A DNA stretch of 64,000 bases from Octopus bimaculoides. Its lineage: Eukaryota. Each line of letters opens with the position of its first letter. The first letter of the stretch is position 1. The notes under the pieces are model-generated. The model saw only the letters and a list, made by a program, of their open reading frames with translations. It was not told the DNA's origin and ran no database searches. This document shows, piece after piece, positions 38,481-50,591 of the stretch. The stretch spans positions 58,894,287-58,958,286 of the forward strand of contig NC_068982.1 in NCBI RefSeq assembly GCF_001194135.2, read 5' to 3'. Position numbers and translations under genes: made by a program.

Positions 38481-39184
38481 CTCATTCTGGCTGCCTATAC
38501 TCTTTATTGATTTCAATGGACTATTCCAGATACGGTGCTTAAGAGGGCTCTGTAATTTTCTCTCTTTCAGCTTCCTTTTAATGGTCCTCAAGCTATGACC
38601 TTTATCGCAGAGGGGAAATAATCTTTCGGTTTTGGGGAGAGAACACAAGTGTCCATTTCCTTTAGTAGCAGACATCAAACCAAAAATAGATGCAAACCTT
38701 TTACTATCGAATGACTTAAACAAAAATGTTAAACACTAAAAGTAAACCATAATTGAAGTGAAGGCAAAGAGTCAAGACGGAGATATACTAAACTTACCGA
38801 AATAAGCAACTTACAAATAAAAAAATATAAAGGAAGAATACTTCATATAACTCCAGAAACCAAACTATAATCGGGGAAAAAATCAATCTGAATTCTCCAT
38901 TGGTCATTAGCTTTCTGTTAATTCAAGAATTTTTCAGGTGCTCCATAATTTTTGATCGGTTAATTTTACATAGTTTCGCTTAGTTCCTTGTCGAAGGATC
39001 TTACTGAGATTAACAGTTATAGTTATTATAAATAATTGGAATGGCAAAGAGGAAAGAACGTATTGGTGGATAACAAGGTAGATTAGCAGCCCTGAAAGAG
39101 GCACAGTACGTTTACCAAGTTACTATGGTTCTGTACTACTTTTTCCGCATGCTTTCATATGTATGGGGGCGCGCGCACGCGTGC

Positions 39185-39356
39185 ATGCGTACGCATATGT
39201 GATTAGAAAGCTCGCCTTTGCAATCACTGGTTTCATGTTCAGTTCACCGTGTGGTACCTTGAATTAGATACTTCTACTTTAGCTCTAAGCCGACTAATGG
39301 ATTGTGAATGAATTTCCTAGATGGGAACTGTGTGGAAGCCTATCGTATATGTGTGT

Positions 39357-39416
<60 letters not shown>

Positions 39417-39580
39417 GTGTGTGTGTGTGTGTATGTGTGTGTGTGTATGTGTGTGTCTTTGTATCTGTGCTTGCTCACGCTCCTTCACCGCCTGATAGCT
39501 GGTGCTTGTTTGTGCCCTCTTAACTAAGGGTTCGGTGAAAGAGACGGATAAAAAAAGAAAACCAGATATTAAAATTCAGT
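39185..39580 (+). mobile_element. Old SINE type B
   Basis: gtggtaccttg..cttctact..gccgacta..gaagcctatcgtatatgtgtg, (GT)n, then aactaagggttcggtgaaagagacggata. Confidence 0.7.
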
Positions 39581-39789
39581 TTCTCTCTCGTTAATTGGAA
39601 CTTTTATCTGATGAAAACTCAGCAACGAAACCTTCCGGGGAAAAGTTGATGAATTTACACGAAGGCAATCCATCGGCTTGTATCAATGTGGAAAGTCCAA
39701 TTGGAAAATAGTTCAATTTTTCGGTATTATTAATCGAACAATGTATAATATAGTATCTGAACTGAGTAAAAACTCTGCTTCGTAAAGAA

Positions 39790-40290
39790 AAAATCAGGAA
39801 GGCTACAAATAGTTTCTAAAGAGACAAATTGGGCAGTTGATAAGTTGAGTTATTAAACTTCGACATGCAAGTTCTATGGGTGTAAACGAAATCATACAAG
39901 AAAGAAGTTAGTGGCTTCAAAAGCTAAGAAGGGCAAATGGTTCAGCAACTCTGAGAAGTTCTGCAACGTGGAAGACGAGTTTTAGTCGTCTGACAAAAAC
40001 ACATTCTGCCAGTTTTCCAATTCAAGGCAGATACATGGTGCAACAAAATTAAATTATAGAGCTGGATTGTTTACAAGAAAGAGTTAAACATAAATAAACA
40101 AGGAGGAAATTTGGGTGACAGGTAGACCAGATCACATTTTTGTTGAAAATCATTTCAAGGACGCAAAGTACTATCAAATACTTGAAAAGTGTCTACAACT
40201 CACCTGATCCAAAGTAGAAGTTGATGAGATCCTTCTTTTTGAAAAACACGGAGCCGCATAGAAGAAAGTCACGGAATCAAATGTCTAAAA
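39790..40290 (+). mobile_element. Heavily decayed Tc1-type transposase remnant
   Basis: Across frames: KKSGRLQIVS (cf. SGRP), RRVL.SDKNTFCQFSNS (cf. VIFSDESxF), ERVKH (cf. TVKHGG), KDAKYYQILEKCL and ILLFEKHGA (cf. IFQQDNA). Confidence 0.5.
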
Positions 40291-40581
40291 AAGAGTTGCT
40301 CAAATCCAATAAAACATACATGGGAACATTTTGATAACAGGATGCGGAGGAAGACCGTCAAAAATTACATTAATGACAGAGCTGAAAGAAACATTGACCG
40401 AGGGGTAGATTAACGTGTACCAAGCTGCCATTGATAATATAATCAAACCTAATCGGGTGGGCCTACAAGATACTGAATTCATCTTTCATTTATAATGAGA
40501 GTTTCATTACCTTGGCTATAAATAAATAAATAAATTAATTAATAATTAAATATATTATATATATATTTGTGTGTGTGATGT

Positions 40582-40675
40582 ATATGCATATGTACTCGTA
40601 TGTATATGTACTCGTATGCATATGTACTCGTATGCATATGTACTCGTATGCATATGTACTCGTATGCATATGTAT
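40582..40675. repeat. 16-bp minisatellite (catatgtactcgtatg), about 5 copies
   Basis: Visible directly. Confidence 0.9.
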
Positions 40676-40683
40676 GTATACGA

Positions 40684-41179
40684 GAATTCGCCCCCCAGGG
40701 CCAGACCGTCAATCGATAGTTCTACTGCAACGTTTTGAAGCGTTTGAGGGAGGACATTCGGTGAAAGCGACCGGAGCTATGGAACGCTAGGAATTGAATT
40801 CCTCACAACAACAATGTACCCTGTCATTGAGCTCTCCTCACTCATGAGTTTATCGCCAAAATCAACACGGTATCTCTTCTACATCTGCCCTATTCGCCAG
40901 ATTTAGCACCTGCGGACTTCCATCTCTTTAAGATGAAAATGCAGCTCAAAGGTTGCCGTTTAAACACTATTTTCGAGATCCGGAGCGAATTGCAGAAGGT
41001 CCTCGACTCGCTTACGGAACACGACTTCCAGGCCGGATTCCAAACGCAGCAAGAACGCTGGGACCGGTGTATTGCTGCGCAGGGTGGCTGTTTGGGAGAT
41101 GTTGATGTTAAAACTTATGTTTGATAAAAATTAACTTATTTACCTAACTAGTCCGGGAACTTTTTGATACCGTCTCATA
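40684..41179 (+). mobile_element. Mariner transposon 3' half (transposase pseudogene plus right TIR)
   Basis: EFAPQGQTVN..YCNVLKRLREDIR*KRPELW..HNNNVPCH..LPYSPDLAPADFHLF-KMKMQLKG..ERWDRCIAAQG; ends gtccgggaactttttgataccgtctcaTA. Confidence 0.9.
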
Positions 41180-41239
41180 CGTATATATGAGCGCGTGGCC
41201 TGTGTGCGCGTATATGTGCGTGTGCGGTATATGTATGTA

Positions 41240-41271
<32 letters not shown>

Positions 41272-43459
41272 TGTGTGTGTATGTGTGTGCGAGCGTGTGC
41301 GTGTGTTTATAGCTAAGGAGCAACTGCAGCTTACTGGGCGAATAATGATTAAAACATTTAGATTTCTTGCGGCTTAACTTGAGCTAAATATTCCATATTT
41401 TTTTTTATGTAGTATATTTGAGATTCACTTCATTCCGTTCTTGAATTCAAACAGACATAAACTCATAACCTTTGATGCCTACTGAGTCGTTGTNNNNNNN
41501 NNNNNNNNNNNNNNNNNNNNNNNNNNNNNNNNNNNNNNNNNNNNNNNNNNNNNNNNNNNNNNNNNNNNNNNNNNNNNNNNNNNNNNNNNNNNNNNNNNNN
41601 NNNNNNNNNNNNNNNNNNNNNNNNNNNNNNNNNNNNNNNNNNNNNNNNNNNNNNNNNNNNNNNNNNNNNNNNNNNNNNNNNNNNNNNNNNNNNNNNNNNN
41701 NNNNNNNNNNNNNNNNNNNNNNNNNNNNNNNNNNNNNNNNNNNNNNNNNNNNNNNNNNNNNNNNNNNNNNNNNNNNNNNNNNNNNNNNNNNNNNNNNNNN
41801 NNNNNNNNNNNNNNNNNNNNNNNNNNNNNNNNNNNNNNNNNNNNNNNNNNNNNNNNNNNNNNNNNNNNNNNNNNNNTTATGTTTGTATGTATATATGTAT
41901 GTCTGTATATATATATATATGTTATGTTTGTATGTATATGTATGTATGTATGTATGTATATATATGTGTGTGTGTGTGTTTGTGTTTATAAATGTATGCT
42001 TGCATGTGTGTATAAATATATATACATACATATATATGTGCTTGTGTGTATGTATTTACATATGTATGTTTGTATGTTTGTATTCATATATATAAGTGTA
42101 TAAGAATTTTCGCTTAACTGCACACCCGATGGCATACAGTCATCTATACAGATTTATTCCGATAAGGCGTTGTCCTGCTTTTGTATTTGATAATATAAAC
42201 TTGTTTAACCAAGTTTAACTTCATAACATCGCATAAGTGAATGTTACACACTTCATTCTTGGTTTCCATAGCCCATTTGGCGAAGGAAATATTTGTTGAG
42301 GAAACATATCCGGGAGTAGGCGGTTTGTCTGGAATTTATGAGGAGGAAATTTTTTAGGATAGAATTTTAATATGTTGAGGATATGATCGTTGTTGGATGC
42401 TTTCAAGTAGAATGATTATGTATATTCTTTTTCATGTATGTGTAAATAATATACATTCTCATACAAACATACGTAGTCTGCTATTTCTGACATTGATTGT
42501 AAACATTGCCCGAGAATAGAGAATAAACGGCTGATTGTGGTTATTTGTTGTCTTTGCACTGATTTTCGACATGTTGCGAGTTCATATAACGTCTCAAGAC
42601 GACTTTGCCTTTCATCTTTCTATGGTGCTAATAAGCACCCATTTGTTGTTGTTGTGGTTGTTGTTTGAGCCCCAGGTCAACTTTGCTTCAGTAGATCCAT
42701 CTTCTCTTCCTGACACTCCCAGTTGTTATTTCATACAGCATCTTATAAAAGTCATGTAGATGGCTCAGATCTTCTATGCAAATCCATCACAAACACATTC
42801 ACTTTGTATAAAAATAAATCGCTATTCCAAACTTGTTACTGCTGTGTGGATGGTAGTTGTAGTTGTATAGTGCCGCCAGATCGGCCATGATCGCGCATAT
42901 CTATGACCAAAGGTGTGCCATACAGACCATGCTGTCTTCTTGTATATCTACGACTACAATTCGGCTGCCATTTCCCTGTAGGGAGAACATCTACGAAAAG
43001 ATTTCCTTGTCAATTCGATGCTGAAGGTGGTGGTTTGGCAGACACAGCAGATTGTTAATTCCGAATTGTTTCAGGGTTTAATTTAGATTCAGTACTACTT
43101 TAACGTCACCTTAAACAGAACCCTCGATTCAATAACACTGTGTATAAACTCTCTATTTAGAATGACCAATTTCAAAGACTGTTGGATTTTATTCACAAGG
43201 TATTGGAATCTTAGATGTATACCATTCTGCCTAAACAATGGATTAACGAATACAATATCCCTTCATTCACTCTCTATTTCCTATCTTATCTAAATTAATT
43301 TTTGCTTAACCATCCTCTCACACCGTCTCCGATGAATGGATATGATAAATATCCCGGAAACAGCTGTAAGACCTTCTATTTACTAATGTTCTATAATGTA
43401 CACAGCCTTGGTTTTTTTAATCTCATTACGAAAAGTAAATCCTTATATACGTATACACA

Positions 43460-43503
<44 letters not shown>

Positions 43504-43519
43504 TATATATATAAGTATA

Positions 43520-43660
43520 GGGAGAATTCACAAAAAATCAACAGACGAAGACAGGTGGTGTAGAAAGCAAACAGATGTATTACTATAACGCTCGGGAATT
43601 GAAAAAGTCTTTAACGTTTCGAGCCTACGATCTTCCATAGAAAGGAAAACAGAAAGAAAC
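43520..43660 (-). mobile_element. Penelope-type terminal repeat remnant
   Basis: Minus strand cctttctatggaagatcgtaggctcgaaacgttaaagacttt..cccgagcg..cacctgtcttcgtc; homolog of 27575-27695. Confidence 0.55.
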
Positions 43661-43962
43661 AAGGAGAGAAAAAAAATGACTGTAGTGGTTAGCGATCTAT
43701 CATGGCGAATATATGAGTATACATATATACACACACATATATATATATATAAGTATACATGTATATATATGTATACACACACACACACATACATATAGAN
43801 NNNNNNNNNNNNNNNNNNNNNNNNNNNNNNNNNNNNNNNNNNNNNNNNNNNNNNNNNNNNNNNNNNNNNNNNNNNNNNNNNNNNNNNNNNNNNNNNNNNN
43901 NNNNNNNNNNNNNNNNNNNNNNNNNNNNNNNNNNNNNNNNNNNNNNNNNNNNNNNNNNNNNN

Positions 43963-43993
<31 letters not shown>

Positions 43994-44204
43994 TGTATGT
44001 GTGTGTTGATGGATGGATGGATGGATGGATATATGTATGTACCTGTGTAGTCAATAATAATAAGTATTATCTATATTTATCCTAGGACATTCTTTCCTAC
44101 GGATGGCATTGCATATTGTTTTAGCAGTGTATGTATGTATGCATGTATGTATGCATGTATGTGTGTGTGTGTATGTGTGTGTGTATGTATGAATGTGCAT
44201 ATCC

Positions 44205-44241
<37 letters not shown>

Positions 44242-44429
44242 GTGTATGTGTGTATGAATATATGTAAGTGTTTATATGTTTTCGTCTAATTGACTTGGAA
44301 ATAAAGTAAAAACAAGTTTTTTTTTTTTTTTTCCAGTAACAACAAACGAATTTTTTGTTTCAAAGCTCGGGAAAATGAAATAAAATATGAAGACAGTTAA
44401 AACAGAAATCAAGGAACTGAGGGGAAACA

Positions 44430-45290
44430 TGTTGCTGTTATTGTTGCTATGGTCATGGTGGTGGCAGCGGTGGTTATATAGTAGCTGGTGGTGGTGGTGT
44501 TGATGATGGTGGTATTGTTGGCGANNNNNNNNNNNNNNNNNNNNNNNNNNNNNNNNNNNNNNNNNNNNNNNNNNNNNNNNNNNNNNNNNNNNNNNNNNNN
44601 NNNNNNNNNNNNNNNNNNNNNNNNNNNNNNNNNNNNNNNNNNNNNNNNNNNNNNNNNNNNNNNNNNNNNNNNNNNNNNNNNNNNNNNNNNNNNNNNNNNN
44701 NNNNNNNNNNNNNNNNNNNNNNNNNNNNNNNNNNNNNNNNNNNNNNNNNNNNNNNNNNNNNNNNNNNNNNNNNNNNNNNNNNNNNNNNNNNNNNNNNNNN
44801 NNNNNNNNNNNNNNNNNNTGTTTTTGGATGTGGTGGTGGTAGTTTCGGTGGTGGTGTTTTTGGATGTGGTGGTGGTAGTGTCGGTGGTGGTGATAGGAGT
44901 TGTAGTGTTTCGTGATGGTTGTTGACCGTGGTAGTGATGGTGACGATGGTGGTGGCGGCGGTGGTGAAGACGGTGCTTGTGATGGTGATGACAGTAGTGG
45001 TGGGAACTGTGAGTGGTATAGCAATGGTAAGGGTTTTGGTTTAGGAATGCGGTGGTGGTTGTGATGGTAGAAGTTGTAGTATTTAGTGGTGGTTTATGTC
45101 GTATAATGGCGATGGTGGTGACGATGGTGGTATTCGTGGAAGTGTTTAGTGTTGATGGCTGTGATAGAAATGGTGTTTTTTTTTTTTGAGTGGTGCTAGA
45201 AGTGAGAAGGAAGGTATTGATGGCAGTGGTGGTGGTGGTGGTGGTGGTGGTGGTGAAGATGATAATGATGATAGTGGTGATGATGAGTCT
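44430..45290. repeat. (GGT/GAT)-rich tract spanning an N-gap
   Basis: Visible directly; source of the poly-T/H/V ORFs. Confidence 0.85.
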
Positions 45291-45649
45291 GAAAACTCTT
45301 AGAATATAATATCTCTTGTTGGAAGACATTCAAAGCAGCATCACAACGACTGAGATGTCTTTCTGCAGACGTAGATGAATTTCCAAATGAAAGGAGGTTA
45401 TCTGCTGTAAGTCTGGCAAATAATTCTCTTCATAAAAAAGGAAGAAGACGGGGTAACAATAACAACAAGAACAACAACGACAACCATAGTAACAAAGAAT
45501 ATAAATGACGTTTAAAAGAATATATAATTTTTTTTCATAATGTCAGAAACTTTTGGTAGACTTCCATAGGTAACGCCAAAACAATAAATAAAACATTAAA
45601 AAAAAAATACGACATTGCAAAGATTAAAAGAAACGAATGTTTTTTCTAC

Positions 45650-45960
45650 AACGATTGTTGTTGTTGCTATAATCTAGTTCCTTGGTCACCACCCCTACTT
45701 CGAACAAACTTCTAATCAAAAAACATTTCAGCATTGACAATCCTATATTTTATTTTATCTTATTTTTCAGACATACGATGTCTAGGACTACGGTATTCAA
45801 CGTCTTTTTCTTCGGGTAGCAGGAATAGTTGTGAATAATTTGAGGGAGATTTAGTTACTCCTTTTTTGTAAAAATCAAACAGCCACGTGGAGGCTTCCTT
45901 GTCGGTGCAGCTATAGCTAATACTGTTGTTCTGTAACTCTACGACAGTCTTCTTCGAACA
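45650..45960 (-). repeat. Dispersed repeat F, longest copy in the window
   Basis: Minus strand gcaccgacaaggaagcctccacgtggctg..aaatctccctcaaat..gtagtcctagac..(CAA)n tail. Confidence 0.6.
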
Positions 45961-46234
45961 GTCATTTAAAAAAAAAAAGCGTTCTGTTTATATCCATAAC
46001 ATGTCTTTTACTTTCTCCAGTCATTTCATATCTAGGCCAGTGAATTTTACTGTTTTTGTAAGTAAAACAGAAATATTACTGGCACAGTTCGAGGGGGAAG
46101 TTTAAAAAAATCACCAAGCAAACTTAATTTACGAAGTTAAGAAGGTACTAGAGTACTTTGCTTAGAGAGTTAGAAATGATATTTATAAGTTAAAGAATTA
46201 AAAAATGTACACAGGGAAAAATTACTGGATTTGT

Positions 46235-46450
46235 GGCTGCAAATTTTAGCACAAGGATAGCAGTTTCGGTTGTGGGAGTAAACCTATTACATCGACACCA
46301 GTGCTCAGCTTGTATTTATTCCATCGACACCAAAAGGATGAAAGGCGAAATCAACACCGGTGGAATTTGAACAAGAAACGTAAAGATGGACGAAATGCCA
46401 CTAAGCATTTTGTCCGGCGTGCTAACGACTTTGTCTGCTCGCGGCCTTAG
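46235..46450 (-). mobile_element. SINE type C
   Basis: ggatgaaaggcgaaatcaac..gtaaagatggacgaaatgccactaagcattttgtccggcgtgctaacga. Confidence 0.85.
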
Positions 46451-46591
46451 TGTCTAAATCGATTTTTAAGACACTGAGTATCAATATGAATCTGCAAAAA
46501 CCTCAAATTATACTACAGCAATACCTACATTTACATTTCAGGAGAGCACTTGAGAAATTTGACCTACGCTTAGTCAGTATTGTCAAAAATA

Positions 46592-46974
46592 CTGGAGGCG
46601 CAATGGCCCAGTGGTAAGGGCAGCAGACTCGCGGTCGTAGGATCGCGGTTTCGATTCCCAGACCGGGCGTTGTGAGTGTTTATTGAGCGAAAACACCTAA
46701 AGCTCCACGAGGCTCCGGTAGGAGATGGTGGCGAACCCTGCTGTACTCTTTCACCACAAATTTCTGTCACTTCTTGTTTCTGTTGGGCCTGTATTTTAAA
46801 GGGCCAGCCTTGTCACACTCTGTGTCACGTTGAATCTCCCCGAGAACTACATTAATGGCACACGTGGCTGTGGAGTGCTCAGCCACTTGCACGTTAATTT
46901 CACGAGCAGGCTGTTCCGTTGATCGGATCAACTGGAAACCACGTCGTCGTAACCGACGGAGTGCCAACAACAAC
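46592..46974 (+). mobile_element. Full-length SINE type A with tail X
   Basis: Exact 13-bp TSD attgtcaaaaata at 46579-46591 and 46975-46987. Confidence 0.95.
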
Positions 46975-47139
46975 ATTGTCAAAAATAAATATATGTGCAA
47001 TTCCATCGTAACTGTCGTAGCATTTACAAGAATTTTTTAACACTAAAAATGTTCTGACACCTTACTTAAGCGAACTGAGATCTAATGATCCATGAACACT
47101 TTAACTGCTGTGGCTCATAAATATTGTTATATATGTATT

Positions 47140-47290
47140 GTACGCTCTGAGCTCAAATTTCACCGTAGTCGACTTTGCTTTTTATCCTTTCAGAGTCGAT
47201 AAAATAAGCAGTAGTTGAGCACTAAGGTCAATAAAACCGACTTGCCCGTACCCCAAATTTGCTGGCCTTGTGTCAAAATTTTAAATCAAT
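47140..47290 (+). mobile_element. SINE type C, 5'-truncated
   Basis: gtcgactttgctttttatcctttcagagtcgataaaataag..gctggccttgtgtcaaaatt. Confidence 0.8.
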
Positions 47291-47938
47291 ATCATCGAAA
47301 ATAATAATAATAGAAAAAAGTTGGATATGAATCTAAACTTACTTGGCTGTTTATCTTCGAAATAAGCTGGCCGGAGATTTTGGTGTTCTTAATACACACA
47401 CGAAGATATGATTAAACGTTTGTCTTTAAAGACCAGTTTTGCTAGCTTCCAAATGCTGAACAGCTTCATCCACCTTTATTGAAAAGAAGAATTTCAATAG
47501 AGGAAAAGTAATAACTGGTTTGAGAGAGGAAAGTCAAGAAGTATAAGATGTGCATATATATTTAATTTAATTACTTAATCAGTAGAATAAATTTAACTGA
47601 GAAGAAATCGTGCTTACATGTTTGCATTAATAAGCATGCTCATCATTATACAATACAACTGTAAATTCACAAATCAGTGGGAATAAAAAAGCTAGCTCAT
47701 GAGATGACCAGAACAATGTGTGCATGGAAAAGTGGATGTTGTATACAACCGAGACATTACTATCGTATCTGATTGTTCAAGTGCTCCAATTTTGTACATC
47801 TACATATATTTACTTGACTACTGACCGCTATCAATGATTTCACCCATTGTTTTGATGCGCCATTTTCTATCATTGATAAAACTATAGACATTTTTAACGA
47901 CATGGGTATGCTAGTATATATAATATACTTATATAATT

Positions 47939-48318
47939 GGCGCAGGTGTGGCTGTGTGGTAAGTAGCTTGCTTACGAACCACATGGTTCCGGGTTCATTC
48001 CCACAGCGAGGCACCTTAGGCAAGTATCTTCTACTATAGTCTCGGGCCGACTAAAGCCTAGTGAGTGGATTTGGTTGACGGAAACTGAAAGAAGCCCGTC
48101 GTGTATGTGTACGTGTGTGTTTTTGTATGTTTGTCACTTGACAACCGATGTTGGAGTGTTTACGTCCCCGTAACTTAGCGGTTCGGAAGAAGAGGCCGAT
48201 AGAATAAGTACTAAGCTTACAATGAATAAGTCCTGGGGTTGATTTGTTCGACTAAAGACGGTGCTCCAGCATGGCCACAGTCAAATGGCTGAAATAAGTA
48301 AAAGAGTAAAAGAATATA
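47939..48318 (+). mobile_element. Full-length SINE type B
   Basis: ggcgcaggtgtggctgtgtggtaag head to gctccagcatggccacagtcaaatggctgaaa..gtaaaaga tail. Confidence 0.95.
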
Positions 48319-48320
48319 TA

Positions 48321-48467
48321 TATAGTATAGGACAATCAGTAAGTTATCATAATAGAGCTCGGAGTTTCAAATGCCGGAGCTAAAAGCTTCGGGGCGTTTT
48401 CATCGTAGCTCCGGTATTTGAAACTCTGAGTTCTATTATGACAACTTACTGATTGTCCTATACTATA
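48321..48467. mobile_element. Foldback/MITE-like inverted repeat with 62-bp arms and a 23-nt spacer
   Basis: 48321-48382 versus 48406-48467: 58/62 complementary; TA-rich ends; an N-gap follows immediately. Confidence 0.8.
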
Positions 48468-48902
48468 NNNNNNNNNNNNNNNNNNNNNNNNNNNNNNNNN
48501 NNNNNNNNNNNNNNNNNNNNNNNNNNNNNNNNNNNNNNNNNNNNNNNNNNNNNNNNNNNNNNNNNNNNNNNNNNNNNNNNNNNNNNNNNNNNNNNNNNNN
48601 NNNNNNNNNNNNNNNNNNNNNNNNNNNNNNNNNNNNNNNNNNNNNNNNNNNNNNNNNNNNNNNNNNNNNNNNNNNNNNNNNNNNNNNNNNNNNNNNNNNN
48701 NNNNNNNNNNNNNNNNNNNNNNNNNNNNNNNNNNNNNNNNNNNNNNNNNNNNNNNNNNNNNNNNNNNNNNNNNNNNNNNNNNNNNNNNNNNNNNNNNNNN
48801 NNNNNNNNNNNNNNNNNNNNNNNNNNNNNNNNNNNNNNNNNNNNNNNNNNNNNNNNNNNNNNNATATATGTATATATATTATATATATATATATTTTTTT
48901 TT

Positions 48903-49125
48903 AAAGTTTCAGCTTAGAGCTGCGGCCATGCTGATGCACCACCGTGTTGCTACACTGTTATTACAGGGAGCCTCTTACAATATGTGGCACTTGGTGAAGA
49001 ATGGAGTCTGATTTAGCAACCCTCATTTGCACCTCCTGCCGCGAAGTAGGTTCATCTGGGACTCTCGATAGGAAGAGGTCCAGCTTTGATTTAAAAACTC
49101 CTACATCTACTTTGTGCAGATTCCT
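48903..49125 (-). mobile_element. 3' end of a CR1/L2-like LINE (ORF2 C-terminus plus short 3' UTR)
   Basis: Uninterrupted RNLHKVDVGVFKSKLDLFLSRVPDEPTSRQEVQMRVAKSDSILHQVPHIVRGSL* (49125-48961), resembling the FKxxLDxFLxxxPDxP C-terminus of these LINEs; 3' UTR ends GGTGCATCAGCATGGCCGCAGCTCTAAGCTGAAAC. Confidence 0.75.
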
Positions 49126-49574
49126 ATATAATTTCTACATACGCATATGTACATTAAAATACATGCGCACGTATGCTATATGTAGGCATGTAAACGCATA
49201 TGTGTTCATGAATGTATGTGCACATACATGTATACATGCGTGTGTATATATTTAAATATAAGCTTCTGTATTTATATCACTTTGTCCTTCTGCATTATTT
49301 AAGAAACACAGGTTGGTCGAAAAAGTTTTCATTTTAACTTGTTTCTATTTAATTGCATTCTACCATCTTTCTAGTTCTTCTACCATCTTTTTTATTTTAC
49401 TTTCGTGTTTCTTTTTTCCATTCTTTCTTTCTTTCTTTCTTTATTTATTTATTTATTTACACTTCCTCCTTATTTCCAGTTTTCATTTTTACTTCTTCAG
49501 TTCAATGTTTTCTTCTGGCCTCGCTCTCTCTTTCACTTCACACACACGCACACTCCTCCCCCCACACACATGCA

Positions 49575-49662
<88 letters not shown>

Positions 49663-49713
49663 CGCTTATACATACATGTACATATAATGTGTGCATATAC
49701 ATATGTACGTACG

Positions 49714-49748
<35 letters not shown>

Positions 49749-50134
49749 AGACTTGTTTACATACATACATACAGACATGTTTACATACATAACTACTTTC
49801 GTCTCGTATGTTTCAAATCCTCGTCTTAATTGTTATTCTGACGACATTTTGAATTCCACAAGTTTAGCTATTTTGTTTATTTTTCTGCTAGCGCGTGCTT
49901 CCAAGATTTCACGTAGAATCAATGCTTTGTATAAAAGGAAGTCTTATAAACAAACATGCACACATACATATTTATTTGTTGTAGAAATTGGTAACTTCTT
50001 CCTTTTCCTCTCCTTTCTTCTCCCCTTCTCCTCCTCCTTCGTCTTCCTCTGTCAAGGTGGTGAGCTTGCTGAATCAATTTGGTAGAGTCTTTCGCACGTT
50101 GAACATGAAGACAAGTTTCACATATTATTAAACC

Positions 50135-50180
<46 letters not shown>

Positions 50181-50591
50181 GGCGCAGGCGTGTCTATGTG
50201 GTAAGAAGCCTGCTTCCCGACCACACGGTACCGGTTTCAGTCCCAATGCGTTACACCTTGGGCAGGTGTCTTCTATTATAGCCTCGGACTAACCAAAGTC
50301 TCGTGAGTGGATTTGGTAGACGGAAACCGAAAGAAACCCGTCGCATATATATTTGTATATCTATGTGTGTGAATCTTTGTTTCCGTGCTTGTTCCTCTCC
50401 CTATCGCCGCTTGACAACCGGTGTTGGTGTGTTTACGTCCCCGTAACCTACCGGTTCGGCTAAAGAGACCGACGGAATAAGTACTAGGCTTAAGAATTAA
50501 GTCGGGTCGATTTGTTCCACTAAAACCCCTCAGAAAGGTGCTCCAGCATGCCCGCAGTCAACTAACTGAAACAAGTAAAAGAATAAAAGAA
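50181..50591 (+). mobile_element. Full-length SINE type B
   Basis: Head, caccttgggcaggtgtcttct, 3' unit and (gaataaaa) tail; preceded by (TA)n. Confidence 0.9.

Noticed and set aside
38346-38723. 125-aa ORF with an acceptor-like ttttgtttaag at its start
   Set aside because: Its 3' third is repeat F sequence (cctgctagaaatagcagcc), no recognisable domain, and an ORF of this length is expected by chance in this much sequence.
44272-45329. 250-306 aa His/Thr-rich ORFs
   Set aside because: Trinucleotide repeats plus an N-gap.
46594-46670. tRNA-like sequences at SINE heads (also near 2208, 12050, 33393, 47939, 61206, 63467)
   Set aside because: A/B boxes are present but there is no complete cloverleaf or acceptor stem, and each continues into a SINE body, several with TSDs; not tRNA genes.
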